From: Octopus sinensis
Taxonomy: Eukaryota
Length of the DNA stretch: 64,000 bases
Assembly: GCF_006345805.1 (NCBI RefSeq)
Contig: NC_043013.1
Location: 868,001 to 932,000 of the forward strand
Direction of reading: 5' to 3'
Every line of letters starts with the position of its first letter. The stretch's first letter is position 1. Shown here piece after piece: positions 40,330 through 50,864 of the stretch. The position numbers were made by a program, and so were the translations under genes. The notes beneath the pieces were generated by a model. That model was not told the DNA's origin and did no database searches. It saw only the letters and a list, made by a program, of their open reading frames with translations.

Positions 40330-40444
40330 CAAGGAAACTTATGTCAACATCAAAATGCACAAAAAACTTTTAGCTGACCGCTCTCAAGGAGCCCATGGCG
40401 ATAATGAGTTTTTGTGCATTTTGATGTCGACATAAGTTTCCTTG

Positions 40445-40529
40445 ATTTTCCTGAAGAGAAATCTGCATAATGTACTCCTTATTCCTTCGGAATTAGGAAT
40501 ATGCAGCCTTCGAAACATATGTCGAGAAT
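40445..40529 (+). ncRNA. Type I hammerhead ribozyme with intact core
   Basis: Stem I ATTTTC/GAGAAT; CTGAAGA; long stem II (GAA/TTC, CTGCATA/TATGCAG, TCCT/AGGA, ATTCC/GGAAT); GAA; palindromic stem III ACATATGT; GUC triplet (cut after 40523). Confidence 0.85.
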
Positions 40530-40579
40530 AAAGGATATTTGTTAACTAGTCATTCAACTCCATTCTTTCATATACTTAT

Positions 40580-40635
40580 GTATATATATATATTTATATA
40601 TTATTTATATTATCATATATATATTTATATATATA

Positions 40636-40702
<67 letters not shown>

Positions 40703-40903
40703 ATATATATATATATGTATGTATATATATATGTGTGTATATATATATATGTGTATATATATATGTGTGTATATATATATATGTATATATATATATGTAT
40801 GTATGTATATATGTGTGTGTATATATATATGTATGTATATATATATGTATGTATGTATGTATATATGTATGTATATATATATATATATATATATGTGTGT
40901 ATG

Positions 40904-40946
<43 letters not shown>

Positions 40947-41012
40947 GTATGTATGCATATATATATGTATGTATGTATATATATATGTATGTATGTATAT
41001 TTATATATATGT

Positions 41013-41046
<34 letters not shown>

Positions 41047-41049
41047 ATG

Positions 41050-41092
<43 letters not shown>

Positions 41093-41250
41093 GTATGTAT
41101 GCATATATATATGTATGTATGTATATATATATGTATGTATGTATATTTATATATATGTATGTATATATATACACATATATATATATATATGTGTGTATAT
41201 ATATATATATGTATGTATATATATATGTGTGTATATATAATATATATATA
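40580..41250. repeat. Long compound (TA)n/(TATG)n/(TG)n microsatellite
   Basis: Directly visible; source of the spurious Y/I/M/C ORFs. Confidence 0.97.
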
Positions 41251-41673
41251 TTAGTAGAATTGTCCTTTCACTCTTGAGTCAAGTGTGCTTGAGAAATACT
41301 TGAAATTTTGTCTATTTGTAAAAATTGTTACTTCAAATGCCAAGAGGTTGTAAATTGTTTTTGAAAATAAAAATATTATTTCTGTGGAAGTCATTATGGA
41401 CGAGGTGTTTATACATAACCCCTGAACTTATGAAAGCAGTGATCCAGTGTCAGCCATTTTACTTTTACATTTAATATTATCCCTTAAGATTTTCACTGTT
41501 TAGTACATTACATATTTGTGATGAAATAATAATTGCAGCAATTTTTATACATTAATGATGTCTGTTTAAGCAATATCAGATTGTGTGGGGTTTTTTTTTT
41601 TTTTCTTTATGATTTTAATTATAAGTGTTTCTGTTTTAAATGTTACTCATCTTGTCTAATTCCTTGCTTATAG

Positions 41674-41942
41674 ATTCTCTCCAATGAATATAAGGATGAG
41701 TGGCAGGAAACTGAAGATTTATTGCTCTCAGAAGATAAACTCCCTCCCAAAACTGAAAAACCCGTTGGTGAAAACCTTGAGGATTTGTCATCCCATATGG
41801 ATAGTTCTGTTGATCCAGTTAGTGTCTATGAATCAGCTTCTTCTCCACTTGAGGCTGGCCACCTCTCAAGTGACTTGGATGATTTGGCAACCCAAAGCCC
41901 TTCCATGGAAGGACTGAGGCAAAGAAAATCACTCTCCCCAAG
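41674..41942 (+). CDS. ESYT2: E-Syt exon n (acidic/Ser-rich C2B-C2C linker): ILSNEYKDEWQ...MEGLRQRKSLSP
   Basis: cttatag| ... ag|gttaat; contains the LRQR motif seen before C2C in E-Syts. Confidence 0.9.
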
Positions 41943-42365
41943 GTTAATTAACTATCAGGGTTCATAATTATTCATAATTTCTGTTTCTGAAAAAAGAAGA
42001 ATTATATTTTCATTTTTGTGTTATGTTTGCAAGATTCTTGCTATGAATTTGTGTATTGGAACAACTCCTGTTGTGTCTTTGACAGGGTCATTGCATCAAT
42101 GATTATCGACACAATGACCCTCGCAAGACACAGCAAGAATTACATCCTTACACTGTTGAAGTTAAAAATATTTGGCAATTTAGTGCTACAGCATTTCAGA
42201 AATCTCAGTAATTTGATGAATAATAGTATACCAGAAAATGTAACTTGTGTTTCTAAGCTTCAGTTGTGAGCACAATTTATACCAACATCTGCTTTGTAAG
42301 TAATAATAACAATTGTGATCATATAAATGTTTAATCTATTATTATTTTATTTATCTATTTATAAG

Positions 42366-42464
42366 CATTGAAAGTGCTGGACAACATGGACGTGGTCGAA
42401 TTCAACTGACCCTCCGATATAGCTGCCTCAGACAAAAACTGGTGGTTGTTGTCCACAAATGTGT
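42366..42464 (+). CDS. ESYT2: E-Syt exon o (C2C start): (S)IESAGQHGRGRIQLTLRYSCLRQKLVVVVHKC
   Basis: AAG acceptor after T-rich tract; |gtaagt donor. Confidence 0.92.
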
Positions 42465-43291
42465 GTAAGTAAACACTTGTGATTTGTCGTTTGTTTCTTT
42501 CTCTTTTGCAATTGTACCATTTTCTCATTACTAATTTGCGGTTAAAGACAAGAGTGTACTTTAGGAAAGTTGTCGCAATCAATCAATTAATAGGTTCAAG
42601 TTTAACGAAGCAGAAAATTCTCATTAAAACTTGTACAATTTAAACAACGTTTATTGATCTCCGCTACACGAACTGTTAGGAAAGCCAAGTCGAGAGATAC
42701 ATAGATTATGTGCATCTGTGTCTGTGTACACGAGCTACTGTACACATGTCCAAGTGAATTTGTGTGTGGACATGGACTGTCCCTAAATAATAAGTGCACT
42801 TTGTATCAATTCGTTTTTTTTTTATACATACATTTAGGTGAAAGTTAAGTCAAGTAAATATAATTTTATTTGAGTAAGGTTAGTGAGTGCTACACAAGTT
42901 TTTAATTTCTATACACAAACATCCATATTGTCATTGTTATCATTTTAGTGTCTTTGATATCTTCTAAACAACAAGAACCAATTGGATGGTAGATATTAAG
43001 CACATCACTTGGGTTCTTTTTTTGGTTACTTGTAGTGGAGTGTAACCCGTTGAAAGCATTTGTGCCAGACTGTTAGTCTGATGCTAAACTTATCCCTCTC
43101 TTCAGTCTTGAAGGTCATGGAAAGAGAGGTGATATTTATTCCCACTTAAACATGGATGTTTGGTTAGGACAAATGTTACTGTGGTAGGTACCATGAAAGA
43201 AACTCTCATGTAGGCTTTTGATGAAGAATGCATGCTTGTTTGTTTATATTGATAGCAGGGAGATAACTCCCTATCAACTCCAGCACTGAGA

Positions 43292-43338
43292 CCACCAGAT
43301 CACATGATTTTGACCTTCCTTGGTCTCATCAGTGATGG
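43292..43338 (-). ncRNA. Minimal type I hammerhead, probably inactivated
   Basis: Minus strand: CCATCA-CTGATGA-GACC aaggaa GGTC-AAA-ATCATGTGAT-C-TGGTGG. All stems are present, but G12 reads A (CGAAA->CAAAA). Confidence 0.7.
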
Positions 43339-43383
43339 ACGCTTGATTGATAGAAATAGCAGCAACTCGCCTCCCCACCAGCA

Positions 43384-43429
<46 letters not shown>

Positions 43430-43793
43430 AGAATGTTGGAATGAATGCTCAACAATACATTGGTAGATAAATAATTTCTTTACTTGTGAATTAAAACTAC
43501 CATTGGTTTCATGTTAAGTAGAGTAGGAAAGTATCCAAGTATCTTAACAATTTTTCAAGCCTATCACATGGAGAAAGGTGTTCACCTTCATTTAGGAAAA
43601 CAATATATCTAATGTTCTAACTGAGCATCTACGTTTAAGTGGGAATATTACCTCCCTGTATTAATACTACTTCTTTTGCTAATACATATATATATTATAA
43701 TTTTTTCTTACATATTTGTATTGTCCTTTGAAATGTGCGTATGTATTGAATCCTATTTTGTATAAATCTAATTTTGATAAAATCTCTTGACAG

Positions 43794-43928
43794 TAACTTG
43801 CTGCCCTGTGATGATGATAACCTTGCAGACCCTTATGTCAGGATGTATCTACTCCCAGACAAGAGTAGCACCAGCAAGAGAAAAACTGAAGTGGTTAAAA
43901 ACAGTCTGAATCCCATCTATGATTTAAC
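43794..43928 (+). CDS. ESYT2: E-Syt exon p (C2C): (V)[44 protein letters not shown]
   Basis: tgacag| ... ac|gtaagt; basic patch KRKT..K. Confidence 0.96.
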
Positions 43929-44312
43929 GTAAGTGTTGTAGACTTATTTCTCTGTCATAATAAATGAATATTTAATTATGAGGCTCTGTGGCATATACAT
44001 GTATGTGTAGTGTATGCATATGTATATATATGTGGGGGTGTGTGTGCATATGTACATGTGTGTGGGTGCATATGTACGTGTATGTGCATATGTACATGCA
44101 TATGTGCGCATGTATATATATGCGTGTATGTCTATATATATATAAATGCATATATGTGTGTGTGTGTCTATATGTATGTGTATGTCTGTGTGTGTGTGTG
44201 TGTGTCTATATATGTGTGTGTGTGTGTATAATAATGGTGACGGTGGTAGTGGTAATGTTGATCATCTCTGTGTATTGTTGTATACTGATGATGTATTTGC
44301 TTCAATTTCCAG

Positions 44313-44468
44313 CTTTGAATTTGCTGTAGCCCCTGGTGAACTAGCTACCCGCACACTGGACATAGCAGTCAAGCATAACAAATCCATGTTCTCTAGTGAT
44401 CGCCAGATCATTGGTGTGGCCTTCATACAGCTCCACAATATTGAAGATTCAAAAGCTGTGACTGACTT
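44313..44468 (+). CDS. ESYT2: E-Syt exon q (C2C): (T)FEFAVAPGELATRTLDIAVKHNKSMFSSDRQIIGVAFIQLHNIEDSKAVTD
   Basis: ttccag| ... tt|gtgagt. Confidence 0.94.
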
Positions 44469-44669
44469 GTGAGTAACTTTTAACTTGTCTGCTTATATAT
44501 TTTATAATTAATGTGAGAATTATTTGGCCATGATATGTCAGTCTATATAAATTAAAAGTAATTTAATTTTCTGTAAATAAATTTATTCTTCTGAAGCTAA
44601 CTTTAACTCTAATATTCATATATTTGTAGTAAAAAATAGAAAAGGGTTTTAGTTTTCATAAAATAACAG

Positions 44670-45210
44670 ACAGGCGTAGCTGTGTGGTAAGAAGCTTGCT
44701 TCCCAACCACATGGTTCTGGGTTCAGTCCTACTGCGTGGCACCTTGGGCAAATGTCTTCTACTCTTAGCTTTGGGCTGACCAAATCCTTGTGAGTAGATT
44801 TGGTGGAAGGAAAGTGAAAGAAGCCCACCATATATTATATATCATCATCATCATCATTGTCGTCATAATTTAACGTCTGCTTTCCATGCTGGCATGGGTT
44901 GGACGGTTTGGCTGAAGACTGGTGAGCCAGAAGGTTGCACCAAGCCCAATCTGATCTGGCAAAGTTTCTAGAGCTGGATGCCCTTCCTAACACCAACCAC
45001 TCTGAGAGTGTAGTGGGTGCTTTTACATGCCACCAGCACGAGGGTGGCATGCTGGTGAGTTTACGTCCCCGTAACTTAGCAGTTTGGCAAACAAGACTGA
45101 TAGAATAAGTGTTAGGCTTACAAAGAATATGTCCTGGGGTCAATTTGCTCAACTGAATGTGGTGTTCCAGCATGGCCGCTGTCAAATGACTGAAACAAAT
45201 AAAAGAATAA
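44670..45210 (+). mobile_element. OR2-like SINE interrupted by a minus-strand RTE 3' end (44840-45045)
   Basis: SINE head 44670-44830; SINE tail resumes at ~45050 (GTCCCCGTAACTTAGC..TT.GCAAA..AGAC.GATAGAATAAG). Confidence 0.8.
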
Positions 45211-45224
45211 TATATATATATAGC

Positions 45225-45515
45225 ATGTCAAAAACACCATTTGGGCATGGTCGATGCCAGTGCTGGGTGATTGGTCCTGTGCCGGTAGCATGTAAAAAGC
45301 ACCATTTGAGTGTGGTTGTTGTCAGTGCTGCTTGACTGGCTCCCATAAAAAGCACCCACTACACTCTTAGAGTGGTTAGCATTAGGAAGGGCGTCCAGCT
45401 GTAGAAAATTTGCCAGATCAGATTGGAGCCTGGTGCAGCCTTCTGGCTTGCCAGCCCTCAGTCAAACCGCCCAACCCATACAGGCATGGAAAGTGGAAGT
45501 TAAATGATGATGATG
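45225..45515 (+). mobile_element. RTE 3' UTR fragment
   Basis: Same tail motifs and (GAT)n end. Confidence 0.85.
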
Positions 45516-45880
45516 TATGTGTGTATATATATATATATATCTATATGAAATGTGTGTCCCATCATCCAAAGAACATTTGTGGTGATCTTGATGTAGATGC
45601 GGCTGCTACAGAAATTCACTAATTATATTGTTTGGATATATTAATATAGTTTCTTTTTGCCTTCCTTAGTCAACAAAGAGGACTGAAAATTATTTAAGGA
45701 AACTTCTGTCTTTTGCTTCCAGTTAGATTGAGGTGTGTAGATTTAAATGTCGCATCTCTGCCTTCCTTCCTTTGTCTCCCCACTAGAATGCCTTTTGTAG
45801 ACATGAAACAATGAATTCACAGATGCTCATGTCTGTTCAGTCTTTTGCTTTATACTAAGATAGTTTGTCAGGCGTTCATT

Positions 45881-48436
45881 CAGTCCCCTCCTATTTATCA
45901 TAGTCCTCCAAGCAATAACGGAGGAATTCAAGACAGGATGCCCCTGGGAGCTCCTCTATGCTGATGACCTTGCTCTAATTGCTGAGTCACTATCAGAACT
46001 GGAGGAGAAGTTTCAGGTGTGGAAACAAGGATTAGAATCGAAGGGCCTTAGAATCAACCTAGCCAAAACCAAAGTCCTAATAAGTAGGAAGGTGGACCAA
46101 CCACAAACGACTTCAGGTAGATGGCCCTGCTCGATCTGTAAAAAAGGTGTAGGTAGAAACTCTATAAGGTGCACCAAGTGTAAGCTATGGACACATAAGA
46201 GGTGCAGCAATGTCAAAGGAAGGCTAACTAGGAAAATAGTTTTTGTCTGTGGCAGATGCTCAGGAGCAATAAACACTGGAAATGTGCAGAGACCAACTTC
46301 TACCACATTCCAGGGAGACAAACTAGAAGTAGTTGATAGCTTCCGCTACCTAGGAGACCAAGTCAGTAGCGGGGGTGGGTGTGCTGAAAGTGTAACTGCT
46401 AGAGTAAGAATAGCTTGGGCAAAGTTTAGAGAGCTCTTACCCCTGCTGGTGACAAAAGGCCTCTCGCTCAGAGTAAAAGGCAGACTGTATGATGCATGTG
46501 TACGTACAGCCATGCTACATGGTAGTGAAACATGGGCCGTGACTGCTGAGGATATGCGTAAGCTTGCAAGAAATGAAGCCAGTATGCTCCGATGGATGTG
46601 TAATGTCAGTGTTCATAATCGTCAGAGTGTAAGTACCTTGAGAGAAAAGTTGAACCTAAGAAGCGTCAATTGTGGTGTGCAAGAGAGACGGCTGCGCTGG
46701 TATGGTCATGTGACGAGAATGGCTGTAGATAGTTGTGTGCAAAAGTGCTACACCCTAGCAGTTGAGGGAACCTGTGGAAGAGGTAGACCCAGGAAAACCT
46801 GGGACAAGGTGGTGAAGCACGACCTTCGAACTTTAGGTCTCACCAAGGAAATGACTAGAGACCGAGACCTATGGAAGTATGCTGTGCGTGAGAAGACCCG
46901 GCAAGAGTAGTCAGGCCATAACCCGTGGCCCCTACCTGGGACGTAGTCAGTCCACCTGTGCATACCTTCCTTCTTGTGACACTTGTGAAGACCTGTTGAG
47001 GCAAGTTAAAGTGAAAATCAAAATAAAATAGATGATCATGAATGGAATTTGTATCTTTGTTACCAGTGCCGGTGGCACACAAGAAAACCATCCGAACGTG
47101 GGCGTAGCCAGTACCGCATCGACTGGCCTCCGTGCTGTGGGCACATAGCAAACACCATCCGATCGTGGCCGTTCGCCAGCCTCATCTGGCACCTGTGTCG
47201 GTGGCACATAAAGACACCATCCGAAGACCCGGCAAGACTAGTCAGGCCATAACCCGTGGCCCCTACCTGGGACGTAGTCAGTCCACCTGTGCATACCTCC
47301 CTTCTTGTGACACTTGTGAAGACCTGTTGAGGCAAGTGAAAATCAAAACAAATCAAAATAGATGAATATCAATGGAATTTGTATCTTTGTGGTACCAGTG
47401 CCGGTGGCACACAAGAAAACCATCCGAACGTGGCCGTAGCCAGTACTGCATCGACTGGCCTCCGTGCTGTGGGCACGTAACAAACACCATCCGATCATGT
47501 CCGTTCGCCAGCCTCATCAGGCACCTGTGTCGGTGGCACATAAAAACACCATCTGAAGACCCGGCAAGACTAGTCAGGCCATAACCCGTGGCCCCTACCT
47601 GGGACGTAGTCAGTCCGCCTGTGCATACCTTCCTTCTTGTGACACTTGTGAAGACCTGTTGAGACAAGTGATCAAATCAAATCAAATCAAATCAAAATAG
47701 ATGAACATCAATGGAATTTGTATCTTTGTGGTACCAGTGCCGGTGGCACACAAGAAAACCATTTGAACGTGGCCGTAGCCAGTACCGCATCGACTGGCCT
47801 CCGTGCTGTGGGCACGTAACAAACACCATCCATCTGGCACCTGTGTCGGAGACACATAAAAACATCATCCGAAGACCCGGCAAGACTAGTCAGGCCATAA
47901 CCCGTGGCCCCTACCTGGGACGTAGTCAGTCCACCTGTGCATACCTTCCTTCCTTCTTGTGACACTTGTGAAGACCTGTTGAGGCAAGTGAAAATCAAAT
48001 CAAATCAAATCAAAATAGATGAACATCAATGGAATTTGTATCTTTGTGGTACCAGTGCCGGTGGCACACAAGAAAACCATCCGAACGTGGCCGTAGCCAG
48101 TACCGCATCGACTGGCCTCCGTGCTGTGGGCACGTAAGAAACACCATCTGATCGTGGCCGTTCGTCAGCCTCGTCTGGCACCTGTGTCGGTGGCACATAA
48201 AAACACCATCCGAGCGTGGCCGTTCACCAGCCTCGTCTGGCACCTGTGTCGGTGGCACATAAAATCACCCACTACACTCTCGGAGTGGTTGGCATTAGGA
48301 AGGGCATCCAGCTGTAGAAACACTGCCAGATCTGACTGGCCTGGTGCAGCCTTCGGGCTCCCCAGACCCCAGTTGAACCGTCCAACCCATGCTAGCATGG
48401 AAAGCAGACGTTAAATGATGATCATGATGATGATGA
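45881..48436 (+). mobile_element. 5'-truncated RTE-clade LINE; open frame 45882-46910 (RT C-terminal half) plus tandemly expanded 3' UTR
   Basis: SPLLFIIVL...LLYADDL...KTKVL...FRYLG...HGSETW...RRLRWYGHV.RM...GRGRPRKTW; (GAT)n tail at ~48416-48436. Confidence 0.93.
46892..48210 (+). repeat. Four tandem copies of a ~330-bp RTE 3' UTR module
   Basis: Units start GAAGACCCGGCAAGA at 46892, 47223, 47555 and 47871. Confidence 0.93.
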
Positions 48437-48580
48437 AGTTCAACAACAATGATGATAATGGCTTTATGTCAAGGGTAGGGAACCAAATTTAAAATTACTT
48501 CCTGAGAAAGTCACAAAAAACCCTAATGATAAAAGAAAGAAGAAACCAGCCAAAAGAATCAGGCTAAATTAGTTAAATTA

Positions 48581-48790
48581 TCATCATCATCATCATCATC
48601 ATCACTTAACATCTGTTTTTCATGCTGGCATGGATTGGATGCTTTGACTGGAGATGACAAGCTGGAGAGATGCTCCAAGCTGATTGTCTATTTTGGCTTG
48701 GTTTCTATGGCTGGGTGCACTTCCTAAAGCCTACCATTTCACAGAGTATTTTGGGTGCTTTTTATGTGGCACCAGCATCAGGAGGGTTGC
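48581..48790 (-). mobile_element. RTE 3' UTR fragment, inverted relative to 48263-48436
   Basis: (CAT)n, TTAACATCTGTTTTTCATGCTGGCATGG, TGGGTGCTTTTTA. Confidence 0.8.
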
Positions 48791-49211
48791 CAAGTAACTT
48801 GCAAGACTTAAGATTTGTTAGTTGAGAGAGGATGTGAAACTGGGGGGGGTCAGTCAAGAGATTAAGTGTATGATTGAGAGACAGATTGTCGTCTTACTAT
48901 AGAGGAGAGCTTTGGTTAAAATTTAAGATTAATAATTTTTCTCAGCACAAATGCATCTCCATAGTTTTTATACACTAACAATTTGCCTATGATTCTAACA
49001 GACAAACCATAATACCACATACAGGCATGCTTTCTACTTTATTTTCCAAAATAACAGGCAGGCATAATTCAATTAAAATAATTGAATCTTTATTTTTAAT
49101 TCTAATGTTGTGCCAGGGTTTTCCTGAATGATTTTATGAAAAGAGTTAAAATAGTTTATAATTTATTTTATCAATATTTAAAATAAATGTTTCGTTTCTT
49201 CTCTTTGCCAG

Positions 49212-49269
49212 TTTTGATCTTCAACCAGAAGACTGTGTTGAGAAAATCTCAATTGATTCAGAAAATTAA
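49212..49269 (+). CDS. ESYT2: E-Syt terminal coding exon r: (F)FDLQPEDCVEKISIDSEN*
   Basis: ctttgccag| acceptor, phase-compatible, FDL matches the C2C last strand, TAA at 49267-49269. Confidence 0.85.
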
Positions 49270-50828
49270 TATATTTTCAATTTTTTTATTTATATATTTT
49301 TTTCTGTGAGTTCAGTTTTATTCAAAATTTATGACAGTTGCAAATATGCTTCTTTTTTTTTTTCATTTCCCAATTATTTTTGCTGCTAACACTAACATAT
49401 CAATATGTTCCTGCAAGCACTGTTTTCTTATTTCTTTGGCTCCATCAACATAAGCAAAGGAAACATTTCTTATCTTTGCTACTTGAAATTCGTTCAGCTG
49501 CTTCAATTTCTAGCGGGTAGAGGGAACAAAATACTTATAACTTAACACTTTTGCATTTGAACATTTCTCAAAGTTTAACAACTGATTCTGTATATAGCCT
49601 GTTTCCATAAGTCTTGCTATCTACCAAGTTGGCATTTAGTATCAAATTCTTATAAATACAATATTACAGCTCTATTCATTGATTATTCCATCTTGTTAAT
49701 ATGCTCAGCTGGACTCATTTCACTTTAAATGAGCCTCAAGTAATGACTTACATATAATTGAATTATATGTAAAAAACTGAAAAACATTAATTTTTATGAT
49801 TTTACTCAGGTCTTTTTGACCAACAATTATTTTAGTCCATCCTTGTACTATTTTATTGCAAAACACATTAACATTGACCGACTGTAAAATCTGGACTTCA
49901 AACTCTGAATTATTTTTGGTCCTTTAAATATTATTACTCATGATAAATGTGTAAAATTTGTATTTTTTTAACTTCTTCAAAATAATTCTGTCCATGTAAA
50001 CTTTTTGTGAAAAACGCAAATTGTAAACTCATTTTGTTATTAATTACTCTTCCATGACAACTACAATTTTGATTTCTGTTATCAAACCCATTTAATATTC
50101 TGCTGGTCATAGACTACTGAGCTGCCAGTGTGCTTACAGTCAATACTGGTATCAACTTAAAGCTAATACATATAGTTTATATTGATCAATTACTTGTATG
50201 TTGTATCTTCAACAACAACAACAATAATAATGATGATGCTGTTGGTGGTGTCTACGTCTTCCTGCAGTAGTTCAGCCTATGGAAACATTTCATCTCAGTC
50301 CCATAGAACTAAGAAAATTCTTCTAAGTTATTTAATGATTTAAATTTATGCTGCAGTCAGTTACATCTTTTACGACACCTGTTTGTCACTGGAAGGACAT
50401 TTGCCAGCAAGATTTAAGTGACTTTGAGAAGGAAACATTGCAGTGTGGGAGAAAGGTCACCATCAACATTTTTGTTTTTTGCTTCTTTGCTGTCAATAGG
50501 CACCTTAATATCTCAGCTGAATACAGCTTTTATGGTATTTCAAAGCCAAGCTCTTATTCTGTTTTATTTTATGAATTCTTATTTTTGTGTTGCTAGACTG
50601 TTTTTGCTTAATTACTACTGCACTCTAATTTTTCATAATTGCATCTTTATTATGGGAATATTTATCCGATGGAGGAATGTCAGAAAATATTAAGTCGTTT
50701 ATAATTTTACCAATATATTAGCATAAACACACAAAGCATTTAATCATTGATGCTATTCACTGTGTTTTATTTTTCTATACATATATTTTGTTTCTTTCCA
50801 TTAGTTTAGTCTAATATACACATATACA

Positions 50829-50864
<36 letters not shown>

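Larger units (their letters stand above)
40195..40579. mobile_element. Penelope-like fold-back element (~175-bp arms), one hammerhead per arm
   Basis: 40195-40368 is the near-perfect reverse complement of 40407-40579. Confidence 0.85.
4430..49269 (+). other. ESYT2: Extended synaptotagmin gene (5'-partial): SMP domain C-terminal part + C2A + C2B + linker + C2C; 18 coding exons in window
   Basis: Exons joined by hand at GT-AG sites give an uninterrupted 1935-nt frame (644 aa + TAA). It matches E-Syt hallmarks: [92 protein letters not shown]. Three C2 domains is the ESYT2/3 architecture; the symbol is a best match for an invertebrate orthologue. Confidence 0.95.

Noticed and set aside
40539-41277. 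Long ORFs rich in Y/I/M/C/V/H/T (also 18349-18867, 26395-26740, 43988-44329, 52995-53252, 58042-58485)
   Set aside because: Translations of (TA)n, (TG)n, (TATG)n and (CA)n microsatellites
46892-48262. Regularly spaced repeats suggesting a CRISPR-like array
   Set aside because: Whole ~330-bp units repeat with no unique spacers; they are the LINE 3' UTR, in eukaryotic intron context with no cas genes
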